A stretch of DNA of 64,000 nucleotides from the human T2T-CHM13v2.0 reference genome, Homo sapiens, in assembly GCF_009914755.1 (NCBI RefSeq), contig NC_060946.1, one strand, 5' to 3'. This document shows, piece by piece, positions 46,840 to 61,494 of this stretch. The position numbers and the translations under genes are program-made. The notes under the pieces were generated by a model. That model worked only from the letters and a program-made list of their open reading frames with translations. It did not search any database and had not been told where the DNA came from. Positions within the stretch are counted from its first letter, which is position 1, and the number at the start of each line of letters is the position of its first letter.

Positions 46840-48110
46840 ACCCCAATGAAACAATTGCCTTCATAAAATCAGAGTGTAAAATGGCTGTACAATAGTTCAT
46901 AGAAAATAAGGTAAAATAAAACAAAAGTTTAAATATGTACTGGCAGAACTCAGGAAAGGAATAAAACTAAAACCCTCACAAAAATGAGGTTTCCTATTGG
47001 AAGAGACACATAAATAAAGACAATGCTTGGCTAAAAACATAATAAGTGACCGCGAGGAGAGGATTAAGAAAAGTGATTTAAGTAAAATGTACAAGGACAG
47101 AGCATTAAAATGGATTAGAAAAAAAATGATGGCAATGGAAGATGAATAAAGAAGATACAACATACATGTAGTGGACATTTCTATTTTGTTTTTGAAGTTT
47201 GTTTTAACATGGTGATAAAATATATCCTTAAAATAAAACAGAAAAATAATTATATATAAACACACACACACACATATATATATGCATATTTATATATGAA
47301 GTGACAGACATACCCTGGAGACATTGGCCTACAATGATAAACCTTGAGACATGTATTGGTTAGGTTTACTAGACTTCAAAGGTAAGGATCAATACTTTAG
47401 GCAACCAAGGAAAGTATCAAGTCACTTAAAGTTCTCAGTCTTCTCCATGGCAATTCAGATCTGGAGAGCAAGGAAGCAATGCTTATAAAATCTGTAAGAA
47501 AAAAATGATACTTTTTTAAAAACACAGCAGAACTGTTGCTTGTGTATAAGGGCAGAAGACTGATATTCTTGAGCATGCAATAGCTTAGAGAATGTATTTC
47601 CTGAGAAGCCACTAGAGGATGAACTTCAGAATGAAAGCTGGAAGTATGGAAATAAGACTTACGGTGAGTGTGAAATTCCATGTAACAGTGGGACCAAGAC
47701 TAAAGTAAATTTGAAGATTATGATTGCAGAACAAAACCTTATAAGCTCTCCCAGTGTAGAAATGATTTTATTAAGAAAAGCTGAAAGGAGAAGGGGGAAA
47801 AGAATGGTAAAAGATGTCGCTATGTACACTGCCTTTCTAATCCTTCATAGCCAGAGGTTAAAAGATACCATGTCACAGATGTAATATTTAAACATATAAT
47901 AATCCACTAAAATATGGTGGTAAGGAACAAGAAGGGAATATGGTGGGGAGTTGCCAGGCATGGACTAGAGAATAGAAGAATAAGTATTGAAGGAATAATA
48001 GTTATAAAGACAACCACTAGAATAATAACAACCAAAAAATCAAACCTTTGAAAATATCAGCAGAAAAACATGTCCACTCAATTAAAGAAAGAAAAGGAAC
48101 TCAGACTTTT
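46840..48110 (+). mobile_element. Ancient HAL1/L1M-like fragment
   Basis: A-rich; ttactagacttcaaaggtaagga...gcatgcaatagcttagagaat resembles ORF1-region sequence. Confidence 0.5.
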
Positions 48111-48839
48111 GAATGACAGATTTAAGAAGCTTAAGTGATAAAAGCAAAGAATCATATTAAATATGGTTGTTTGGAGATGGGAAATGCTTTTCCCATTCTT
48201 AATGTTTTCTTCCATGTGGAAGCAGCTCAGTCAGTTTTACCACATTTGGCCTCTCTCTGCCTCTTTAGGTACTTTGCCCTAGGAAAGGTGAAGTGATTTC
48301 TCTATTTGGTAAATAGGAAAAGTGAAGTTATCATGCTCAGCTCAGCTCTTTCTGTTTCTCCTTGAACATGAACTGCCCTTAGGGTAAATGAGTTCTAAGC
48401 AGCTGCTTGGGGCAGTGAGTCTTAAGTCTGCATAGGGCTTGAAACCTCTCCCCTGCTGGGATAGGTGTCTGAGAGGGTACATCGCTTAAATTCTGGATTT
48501 CAGAATTAGAGGGCTCACCTGTCTAGGATTAGAACTCTTAGAGGTCTCATCTGTCTGTGAATGGAACTCTTGTCTTCCAACCTAGTCTTTATTAATAATG
48601 AACATTATATTTTGGCCTGATATTCTTCTTCTTGTCTCTCAACTTATTTAGTACACAGGTGTGGAAAGATATTATGTCTTGGACCCAATCATAAGATCCT
48701 AATAACATTGATGCGTTGAGGTTTTTGAGGGGCCAATTCAATGAGTGGTTATTTCTACTGTCTTAGGACAGAGTCTGGCACATTGTAGGCACTTCATAAA
48801 TTGTGGTTGAATTACTAAGTGACAGAATTTTAGAATTTT

Positions 48840-49240
48840 AGAGGAAAATGGCAGCTAGTTGGTCTCTGATGTGGCTTGAAGGTGAAAGGATGGAAATGCA
48901 GGAACTATAAAGTAGCCATTTTCCATCTTGCACACAGAGCAAAGAGACATGCTTTTTTTCAGAGACAAAAGAATGAACCAGATGCTGCAGAGTTCAGCCG
49001 GGATGAGAGTTGTTGGGGTCACAGGGGAGATCGAGTTGTGGTTATCTTATTTCTTGTGGGCTTTTCCAATTTCCGGTTCCAGACCCTCAGGGGACTCTTC
49101 TGGGCTCTGCTCCCTTGGCTTCTGTGAGATGTCCTTGTATACTCCTAATAAACCCCTTCCCTTCCCCCTTTACATTTTTCCTTTAAGCTAATTTAAAGTG
49201 GATTGTTTCACATGCAGTTGAAAGACTCTTAACTAAAACC
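48840..49240 (+). mobile_element. Old MLT1-type LTR
   Basis: aataaaccccttcc...taagctaatttaaagtgg...gactcttaactaaaac. Confidence 0.5.
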
Positions 49241-49455
49241 TGAGATGCTGAAGTCCAGAGCAGCTGGAGAATGCTTTCTAAGTTTACACACTTTTGAGAA
49301 TTTTGAGTCGGGGCAAATAGCCAGAATGCTCTGTAGGCAGAGCAAGGGCACTTTCATGGCAAATAAATAACCACTGGGTTTTCCTCAGCTGACTGTAGTT
49401 GGTGAGTCTGAAGTCAAACTCTCACAGGACCATTAAACTTGGAGAGAAGCTGTAG

Positions 49456-49754
<299 letters not shown>

Positions 49755-50413
49755 CGGAATATTTTTTAAGATGCAAATGCTAATATGAAACAGTTAAAAC
49801 CCCAACTTCCCACCTCATGAATCATCAGCAAAGTGTAGAGCTCCTGAATGCTAACCAGTTGGATACTACATCAATTCTACTCTGTAATTCTCTAAATTCT
49901 ACCAGTGTCACAGATGGAGTCCAAAAACAAAATAACGGCCTGCTCCATTCTGATTCAAGTTCTCATTTGCCTGTGCCCTGCTTTCCCAAGAGCCTAGTGA
50001 CTGATTGCAGACCCTTGATTTCTGTGAGCTTAGACTAATAGGTATTGCAGGCATACATTCTGGGCTGAAGATAACCAGAAAGCCAGCAACCTGATGGGAG
50101 GAACATTCATTGCACAAGCTGAGAGTGAAATGAGCTTCTACATCAGGTGGGTAAATAATTCCAGTTAATAATTCAATCCAAACTTTTGTTGAATAAAGTG
50201 AGGTTGTCACCCCAGCACCCACACCAATGTCTGGCACCCAGCAGAGGTGCAACAGATATTTGTTGAACATTGAATGAAGTCCGTTGAATCTTTGTAATTT
50301 TTCTCATATTTTCTGTTTCTCTCTGTTACCACAGTAACATCTTCATTTACTTAAGCATTTATGTGGCTGATGCCTAGTTTTCCAACTAGAGAAGTTGCTA
50401 GGTTGAGGGACAG

Positions 50414-51119
<706 letters not shown>

Positions 51120-52164
51120 AACCACGTTTACATTTTCTCATTATTTTTTTCCCAAGTGCCTAGCACAGTGTTTGCATATTGCCTGATCTTGATAAATATT
51201 TGCTGGATGAATACATGCTGTCTTGATTTACAAAGTGTATGCTTGGCAACTACCGGGCTCAGAAGGCTGAGTGTTTAATTTGGATGGAGGTTCATGTCCC
51301 TGCCTATGGCCATTTGACAGATCTCTTGGCAAGGATATGAGTTTTCTCTCTTTTCTCCTGCCTAGATGCTAAGGGATTGGCACCCTGGTACTTGGCCTGT
51401 TCCTTCTTTTCTGCTTGGAATGGAGGGGCCAATCTTTAGCAAATCAGGATCTGCCAAAAGTAAAAGTAGCAATCCTAGCTGTCTGTCCCATCAACAAGAG
51501 GAGATTTATTATGTAGGACCAAAGGGATATGTGTGACAGCAGGAACACTGCACAAGTCATCTGCAGGCAATACCATCTGGGGTGCTGTCTCACCTCTGTG
51601 GACCTTCTCGTTTGCTGTCACTTTTGTATGACCAACTGGGTCTGCTCTTAAGACTCTGCAGTAAAGCTGGAGAAGAGGATGAAAGGTTGGGATTCTGCTG
51701 CTCAAGAAACCCACAGCACCCAGACCTTGCAATGGGCCCCGTTTCTTTGGAGGCTCAGGAGAAACATTTTGGCTAGAGTAGGATAGGGTTTCCTGCCTTT
51801 TTCTCCCCTTTTTTTCTTGCTTTTATTCTTCACACCTGATCAAAAGGGGACCTCTTAGCATAATAAGACATTGCATTTATGCTTTATAGGGTGGTCAGCA
51901 TCAGTAAGAGAGAGGGTTTGTGTCTTGTTGGGGCTCTCCTCTGCATCTTCATGGACTTGATGATACAGATTGGAGGGAGACAGCTGAGATGGACCTTTCT
52001 GGCCTGAACACAAAGGACTACATCAGACTACTCTTAACTAAGAGTGGAATGGGCATCATTGGGGAAAGTAGTGGAAAAACTAGGAGGGAAACTAAGGGAT
52101 TATGGATTTTAGGAGATCATGAAGGCAAGAATTGGCACTGATTGGAAGGTGATTTACATTCACC

Positions 52165-52770
52165 AGAACTTCATTTGCAAGTAGCAAAAACTTAGTTTCA
52201 AATAGCTTAGGAAAGAAAAATATAAGATGGATGAGGGATTTACTGACACAGATTACTGAGAAGCCTCAGAGGTAAAGGAAGCATTTAGGCATGGCTGGAT
52301 GCAGGGGCTTAGGAAATATGACCAGGAATTAGTATTTATCTCTTGACTCTGCTTCCCTCTACAAAGGCTTCATTCTCAGGGAGGTTTTGTTCCTTCCTTG
52401 TGTGGACAACAAGGTTCTGGCAGTTTGAGACTGACACCATAGAGTTTCCAGATTTAGCAAATAAAAGTAAAGGAGGCTCTGTTGAGTTGAATTTCAGATA
52501 AACAACAAATACCTTTTTCAGAAGAAGGAGGTCCCAAGTAGTATTTGCACTGTCCTAAATATCGCATGGGATCTTTATTTATGCTAAAAGAGTATTGGAC
52601 ATTCTGTATTTTATCTGGCAACACTATGACATCATCCTCACAGCAATGACTTCAGAGGAGACATCATGGTTCCCTCTCTCACAGGGTCTGTCCTCACAAT
52701 GGTTCTGATAAGTCAGCTTAGGTCACGTATTCATCCCTGTGGTTGGTGAGGTGGGACCATGTAATGAAAG
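52165..52770 (-). mobile_element. Old MLT1 LTR hosting MER53
   Basis: ttgcaagtagcaaaaac...ttaggcatggctggatgcaggggct...ggcttcattctcagg. Confidence 0.6.
52440..52626. mobile_element. MER53 hAT MITE
   Basis: Terminal inverted repeats tagagtttccagat / atctggcaacacta; 8-bp TSD tgacacca/tgacatca. Confidence 0.9.
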
Positions 52771-53032
52771 ACCTCAGTGGGAGAGACAGTTCAGGCAGTT
52801 AGTAAATCTTTGTAAAACAGTGCTTTGTTCCAGGCCCCCCTTCTACGTGCTGGAGATTCATCTGTGAACAAGACAGAGAGGTGCACGGCTATAAGAAGCT
52901 TTTATTCTAGTTGGGGAAGGGTTGGGCAGGCAATGAGCACATACACTTATAAATAAATAGGATAATGTCACATACTGAGAAGCAGTATGGAGACGATAGA
53001 ATAGGGTATTGTAGGAAATGTCTGTGGCTGTG

Positions 53033-53793
<761 letters not shown>

Positions 53794-54419
53794 GTCACAG
53801 AAGTGTGGGCTGGGTGGTCAGGGAAGAACTCTCTGAGTAAGTAACATTTGGGTTGAGGCCTAAAGGATGAGGAGGGTGCAGCTCTGGGAACAGCTAGCGA
53901 AAAAATACTTAAAAGAGAAGGAAGAGTAAGTGCAGAGCCCTGGGAGTGGACATGGCAGCACTGGGGCCAGTGTGGCAGGAGTGTAGAAGAGAAACCGCAG
54001 AGAGGGGAGTGCCCTCGGCAGGGCAGGCAGACCTTTAGTTGAGACTCCTGGGTAACAAAAGTTGGTTTGCATTCTAGTTCTGCTATTTCCTCATTGCGTG
54101 ATCTTGTTTCTTAACTTCTTGGAATATAGATTCGAGTTTCTTCAAATATAAAATGTCTGTCCATGGAAATGCTCCTGAATCTATCAAGTGCTAGCTCCTA
54201 GGTCATTCTGGTTTATTATTTCTGTGACCTTGGATTTCCTATGAAATTTGAAATTTCCCATCCTAAACCCACTTGGATTTTTACTGCCTTTCATCATTTG
54301 CAATCTGTTTTAGCCATACCTTCTAAAATGCTTTGGTATTTAGAAAGTCCATGTTCTCTTGACTTCTAACAATGTCTTTGTCCATTCCTGGTTCTGCTTT
54401 TACTGTCCCCTGCAGGGTG

Positions 54420-54655
54420 CTTGATGGCTCGGGGCTGTGAGTCTGGCTCCATTAATGCGATGACAGTAGTAATTTAGTTGAGTTAGCTTTGGCACTGAGA
54501 CATCCATAGTTCTTTTGGGACTAAATAGCTTGCAATTGCACAAAAGCTAGGGTTGGGGGATTCAATGTGTGGTGTGACATGTTGCTGACTTGGATACACA
54601 AAGTTGATCCCCTGACCTTGTCCTCATAAGCAATACAATGCAGCCAACTGGCCCA
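54420..54655. mobile_element. Ancient tRNA-related repeat (MamSINE1-like)
   Basis: ttgatcccctgaccttgtcctcataagcaatacaatgcagccaactgg resembles the reverse complement of tRNA-Ile(AAT). Confidence 0.45.
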
Positions 54656-54710
54656 GAGTCATGAAACAAACCCTTCTCTCATATTGAATAAGAATGGCTT
54701 TTTCTTAAGC

Positions 54711-54898
54711 CAGTGGTTCTCGAACTTGCACAAGCATCAGAATCACTTGGAAGGCTGGTTGTAGCACACGCTGCTGTTGTTCACCCTCAGATAATCCGAT
54801 TCAGTAGGTCTGGGATGGGGCCTGAGAATACGCATCTCTAACAAGTCCCAGGCGATGCTGACATTGCTGGTCTGGGGACCACACTTTGAGAACCATTG
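54711..54898. mobile_element. MER5A
   Basis: cagtggttctc...gcatcagaatcac...gattcagtaggtctggg...ggaccacactttgagaaccattg. Confidence 0.92.
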
Positions 54899-55479
54899 TC
54901 CCAAACTATCACAGAAAGAAGACGAATATCAGAAATCTCATCACACCAATGGGGGTTGAAAGTAGGTTGGGAGTAAAAGCCTCCTGGAAGATGCTTCCTT
55001 CTTTGTCAGGAAGCAAGAACTGATTGTGAAATGTATGTACCTAAGCCCTCAAGAAGCTTATAATTTAGAAGACAGAATAAAGAGAAGAATTAAGAAAGAC
55101 TCCATGGACAAGACATGTTTGGACCAGAGATACAGGTGAGAAACGACGGGGAAAGATGTTTCCAGTGCTGGGATCAGTGTGGGTGAAGATGTAGAGGCAA
55201 AGAAGCATGAGAGATCATTGGCAATTCCTTGGTTTTAGCCAGAACAACAGGTTTCACATGTTTTTGCCCACAAGCCACAGTAAGACAAACACTTGACCTT
55301 GTGTACTCAGCACAATACACATTTTCTACTGTAGTCTTGTGTGTATACATTTATATTTATCTCCAACAGACCTTCATGGACCATTTACCATTGTATATAC
55401 AGAATGCCCTAAATTTTCTATTCTGTTCCATATGGTTTTACAAAATCTAGAATATAGTTTTATTCCATATAGTACATCA

Positions 55480-55710
55480 TGGGGAGTATAGCAGAGTGTG
55501 GCTTCTGATACAAGGCTCTCTGGGTTCAAGCCAGAATTAATCACTTTGGACAACTTATTTAACCTCCCTGGGTCTGTGTCCTTATCTGTAAAACAGGGAT
55601 AGCAAGAGTGCTTATTTCCCTAGGGACAGTGTGAGAAGTATGTGAGTCTATGCAAAGTATTTGGAATGGAGCCTGCTATATAGAAAGCCATATACGTATT
55701 TGTTCTTTTG
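55480..55710 (+). mobile_element. MIR
   Basis: ttggacaacttatttaacctc...atctgtaaaacagggata. Confidence 0.75.
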
Positions 55711-55884
55711 CTATAAATTTCATTTTAAAATGCTTTCGTCACATACTTCATTGATTTCATGACCTTCTCAATGAGCTGCTGCCTGCAGCTTGAAGGACTA
55801 GAACTGAGGTTGAGGTAGGTGGGAGTGGAACAGATGGGTGATGGAGGTGGGGCATGTGATGATTTGGGATCCACAATACAGAGG

Positions 55885-56090
55885 CTCTTTAATGCTGGAG
55901 TGAGGACCCTGGACTTTGATCACTGGGTAGCTGGGGGCCATGAAAGATTTTGTTTGGGCACAGTGGTGTGATCAAAGCTGCACTGAGGAACATTAATCTG
56001 GCTGCCGTGTGAAAGCTGCAGAGAAGTGAAGACACCCTGGTTAGCAGAGAAGAGACAGACTGAGGTCCAGGCGAGAGGTGATGTGGACCC
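55885..56090 (-). mobile_element. L2 fragment
   Basis: ggactttgatcactggg...attaatctggctgc...gtccaggcgagaggtgat. Confidence 0.6.
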
Positions 56091-57019
56091 ACCCGAGGGG
56101 AGAGCAGTGGGAATGCAGAGAGAAAAGGATCATGAAAGGAGCTCTAGAGGCCACACCGAGAGCATCCACCACCAAAGAAAAAATGGCTCCATGGGCTGGC
56201 AAGCCAGTCGGAGCTCTGTGGTCTCCCTCTCTACTTGAGGACAGCATTTGAAGAACTGCATCTCCCTGTCACCCTAACTGAGAGAAACTTGAGTGGGACA
56301 TTAACTTCCCCTGAAGATGCAAATGGAATGGGAAGTCCAACACTGAAATGCCTTCTTTGTAGCCCTGCCAGAGGCCTAATCTGGGTCCACTCCTCAGCAG
56401 GTGCTTGGAACTGGCAGCAGTTATGCCAATGGGTGAACAGATGAGTTATTCAAGTGAGGGAACATTTCCCAGGGGAGCAACTGGAGTCTCTCTGGATGCT
56501 GAAGAATAATCCTCAGAAGTTAAAGCAGCATCTGTAACCAAATCTTCACAAAAGATCTGCAGCCCGAATTCAAGTTGCTAATGAGATCCTTGTTTATGAT
56601 GTTAGATTCTTTCAGAGGCTTAGTGGGGGGTAAAGGAACTTGAGTGAGTGGGGAGGAGAGACCGACTCCTAAGAAAGTGGGTAATTAATCTTCTCCAAGG
56701 CTTAATCACATCCTGTGGTGCTGTGAGTTGGTCTTTTCAGGAGCCTCTGATATGGCAGGGTAGAGCAAACCCTGTTGTAGGTGGAGCAGACAAAATGCAG
56801 CTGTGCTCTGTGTATTCTGCAGTGGTTTTCTCAGATGCCTCTGGAACATTTATGGCTACAGCATGGTCAAGAGGGTGTGGTGCTGGCCTCTCAGAGCATC
56901 CTGTCCTGCGGCACTCTATCCAATGAATGAAGGCAACTCCCACGTCTCCTCCTTGAGGGTTTCTTATTCAGTCTCTTGTTGACACAGGCTTGTTCTTTAC
57001 CTGGATAGCCATAAAAAGA

Positions 57020-57250
57020 GCAAAGATTGAATGCTTATTATGAATCTGGTTCTGTTCGAATTTATTTACCATATTACTTCATTTATGGTAATCCTGTGTA
57101 CTATATTGTCCTGTTCCATTTGAAGGAGAAGGAAACTGAGGCACACGTGATTTATGGAGTGTTTCTGAGGTCCCAGAGCACTTACTTGGTGGATCTGGGA
57201 TTCAGACCCAGTCTATCTGACTCTAGAACCCACAATTTCACCTCCCTGGA
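57020..57250 (-). mobile_element. MIR
   Basis: ggaaactgaggcac...ctgggattcagacccagtctatctgactc. Confidence 0.75.
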
Positions 57251-57687
57251 GCTATCTTAGTCAGGATGTAGGAACTCATGTTACTCTCTTCTCCAGGTGG
57301 ATTTTGACATCTCACTCTTCCTGTTCAGGTCTTCTCTGGTTTCCAAGGTCCTCTCCTACTTGGTCACTTTATTGCACAGGTAAAAGGCTGGAGATGACAG
57401 CCTCACCCCAGCACATAATTCCTGGTCCAATCCAATGGAGCCTCATCTTCCTCTTTTGAGAATCAGGACACAGAGAATGTCTTCCAACTTGGCTGCACCC
57501 TAGGAGGTTGGAGGCAAATCCTTCCATGATTAGTCCTAGGGAACTAAGGTTGGGCAAGATTAGAAATTTTTCATGGATAATATTTTAGAATTGAAGGGAC
57601 AGGTGGAATTTCTATGGGTATAATCCAGACAATAGACACAGAGTGCTCCAAGTGACTTCTAAGAAGCCCCTCCAAACCTAGAAAATT

Positions 57688-57880
57688 ATATTCATTCATT
57701 CATTTATTCACACATTTATTTAGCATTTACCATGCACTGGCAACACTGTGGTAGGCACTATGGAATTGATGAATGAGGTATCATTCCTGCCTCATGGTGA
57801 CTACAGTCTAAAGGGGAGACAGACACTATAAAAAAAGAATAAATATAAAATCAAAAATTGTCAAATGCAACAAAGCATCA
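57688..57880 (-). mobile_element. L2 3' end
   Basis: (ATTC)n start, catttatttagcatttac..., acagtctaaaggggagacagac. Confidence 0.7.
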
Positions 57881-58511
57881 CTTCCCATTATGAATAAGGG
57901 TGCCTCATTTTTGTGGCCTAGTTAAGAAAGGAAGGGGTTCATATCAGGATATTTTCCATTATATTCACTACTGTTTTTGTCATCCATTTGGATAAAAATA
58001 TTTCCAAAATGTTCACTTGGTGTGTAAGAGGATAACGTTCCAGAAGGAGCCCCATCCATTCATGATCCCAGACTCAAGCCACATGTGGTCAGTTACCTAG
58101 TGATTAAAGGTGAAATGAGGGCCTTCCAGAGGGCCCAACTCTCTAGTCCCTCTGGGACACAATGTGTGCTGTAGACAAATGCTGAGAAAGTAAAGATGGA
58201 CAGTCAGAATAAAAAGTATTTTGTACCTCTGTGTGCCAACGTGTCTTCTGGGCACTTTGATGTTTACTATATGTCTCAGATTTTCTCTTTAAAGCTCTGT
58301 GACCCAAGCATATTTTCCCCATTGAGGGGTTTGGAATTTAAAGACATGAATGAATTTCCCAAAGTTTTCAAGCTGGCAAAGGGTAAAGCCAGGATAGAAA
58401 AATCTAGATCTTTCTGACTGGAAACTCAAATATTTATATTATAAATTTCTCTTCTCAGCTGAGAAGAAAATATGGAAGAAGAACATGGAACTAAATCACT
58501 TACAGTTTTGA

Positions 58512-58968
<457 letters not shown>

Positions 58969-59639
58969 TGAACAAGTTTCACAAGTCATTCAACAAGTCT
59001 CTGTGTGCCAGTTTCCTCAGATGTTGTCCTAGTCTGCGCACCACACTGGCCTCTTATCAGAGGCAGGGTTTCTGTGGTCTATCCATTTTGTTTAGGCTGA
59101 AGACAGGATCATTCAGGCTCTGTCGGGCCATTTTGCTATAGCTCAAGTGTTAGACATCACAGCCAGCTCACTGGCAAGTTCCATTGTTTCAGTTACAAAA
59201 GCAGCTTGTTACCATCCTTAGCAACCCATCCGCACGGACAAGTTGAAATAAGTGCTTTTAACATTCATACTCTTAAGACTGATGTCCGTTTATTAGAGAA
59301 TCATATGTAGCTCATTCCTCCTCTTCTCCAATCCTTGGTTCTGGGGTATGATAGTCTCATGGGCTAGAGGGTGTCTCTCCAGGAGCAGGTGTGACTGGAG
59401 GCTCATGTGACTATAGTGAGTGCTCTCAGACAGTGGTTTTTGTGAGGGGAAAAGAACAGAGTCAAGTCAAGCAAACAAGCAGAATGTACACCTCATCAGT
59501 GCTGCATGTGACCACATTCAACCACCTGTCTTCTTCCTGCGTCTTTAATCAGAAAGAGAAGGCGACTTGCTTTTTACCTCCCATCCATCCCAAATTTGCC
59601 CTCACAGAAATGAGGGCTTGTTTGTTTTGTTTTCCCTTC

Positions 59640-60430
59640 TTTTTAAACTTAAAAAGAAATACTTTAAAACTTACATAAAATTGCAAGAAAATAGTATAAA
59701 TAATTCTTCTACCATTTGTATTCACAGTTCCCCAATTATGAATATTCTTTATCATTCTATATCTATATATCTATATCTGTATCTATATCTGTATCTATAT
59801 CTATATCTATATCTATATCTATATCTATATCTATATCTATATCTATATCTATGTATCTGTACCCGTTAGCTTTGTCTCTTTGTCTCTTTACCCATTAGCT
59901 TTGCCATTCCATATCCGTTACTCTGTAAGTATGTATCTATCTATCTATGTATTTATTTCTGAATTATTTGAGATCAAGTTACAGGCGTGAGGTCCCTTTA
60001 CCCCAAATACTTAAGTATTTCCTTAAAACAAAGACATTATCTTACATAATTGAGTACAATGACCAAAATCAGAAAGTTAACATTGATTTAATGATACTTA
60101 TCTAACCTACAGATCTTATTCAAATTTCACCAATTATCCTAATAATGTACTTTATAGCCAAAGCAATTTCTGGTCTAGAATTCCACCTAGAATCATGTGT
60201 CACATTAAATTGTTGCTATCTTTTTAGTGTCTTTTAATCTGAAACAGTTATTCACAGTTTATCATTCATGAATTATTATTGAAGAGTATATATAGGCCAG
60301 TTGCTTATAATAGAGTACATTTCAATTTGAGTTTGCCTGATGACTAGATTCATGAGGTTATGATTTTTTTTCAGCAGGAATACCACAAAAATGATGCTGT
60401 GTCCTTCCCAGTTTGTCTGTTGGGCAGCAT
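59640..60430 (-). mobile_element. L1MC/ME-type 3' end
   Basis: aaaacttacataaaattgcaagaaaatagta...acaaagacattatcttacataa...ggaataccacaaaaatgatgctgtgtcctt. Confidence 0.8.
59756..59858. repeat. (ATATCT)n hexanucleotide microsatellite
   Basis: Direct reading, about 16 units, with a few GTATCT variants. Confidence 0.95.
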
Positions 60431-60854
60431 ATGATCACCGGTTTATTCATTAGTGGAGGGAGACTTCTTTCTTAATGACTCAACTTCATTTTTTTTTCTT
60501 AGTACAACAAGCACCAATAGCACAAAGGCACACACTTAGTTTAGCCATTGCTAGAAATTCCAAGACCACTTTGACTTTCTTAAAACACTACTTTCAGTTC
60601 AGAACATGAACATAAAACATAGCTTGAAGCTTTCTGTTTTCTTTATCTTCTGATGTGAGACAGTCACAACCAAACTTTTAAGAGATTTGCTCCTCTTGCT
60701 ATTCTAGCCCAATGAAGAGATGGCAGGAATCAGATGAGATAGCAAATGAGAAAGTGGCTTGCAAACTGTGATGTGTAATGGAAATCCAAGGGGCTCTGAT
60801 TGTGATGAAGATTATATTCTTCGATTTCACAGGGTAAAGGGGTTTCAGGGAGAA

Positions 60855-61409
60855 TGATAACTGATTGTGTGTTTCAACTTGATTGCATCATGGGATGCTC
60901 AGGTATCTGGTTACATGCTATTTATGAGTGTGTCCGTGAGGCTGTTTCCAGAAGAAATTAGCATTCAAATCGTTAGACTGAGTAAAGGGAATGGCTCTCC
61001 CCAGTGTGGGTGGGTATTATCCAATCCACTGAGGGCCTGAATAGAAAATAAAGAATGAAAAAGGATGAATAGAACCAAAAGGAGGATGAAAGGCAGGAGT
61101 CTCTCTCTTTCTCTTTCTGCCTGACTGCTTGGCTAGAACATTGATCTACCCTTGGTGCTCCTCCTGGTTCTCAGACCTTCGGACTTGGACTGGAATCTAC
61201 ATCTAAATCTGCAAGCTCTCCAGCTCTCAGACTTTACCTAAATCTGTCTCAGACCATACCTAAATCTCTCTCTCTCTTTCTCTCTGTCTCTCCCTCTCCC
61301 TCTCTTACAGGGCAGTTGTTTATAGAATATATCTCAATTTGAGTTTGATGTTTTTGAGAGACAGAATATCTATCTGTCTGTCTGTCTATCCATCCATCCA
61401 TCATCTATT

Positions 61410-61464
<55 letters not shown>

Positions 61465-61494
61465 CTGCTTTTCTAGAGAACACAGACTAATGTA
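60855..61494 (+). mobile_element. MLT2 (ERVL) solo LTR
   Basis: tcaacttgattg...tgtttccagaagaaattagcatt...gactgagtaaag...ctagagaacacagactaat. Confidence 0.85.
61366..61464. repeat. Compound tetranucleotide STR: TCTG and TCCA blocks plus (TATC)13
   Basis: Perfect (TATC)13 at 61413-61464. Confidence 0.95.

Noticed and set aside
46897-47271. 124-aa hydrophobic ORF as a membrane protein
   Set aside because: Antisense of A-rich decayed LINE sequence, which yields F/L/I-rich translations
54600-54655. Functional tRNA gene
   Set aside because: Too degenerate; no intact cloverleaf or A/B boxes
59567-59898. (YL)n and (IS)n repeat proteins
   Set aside because: Translation of (ATATCT)n
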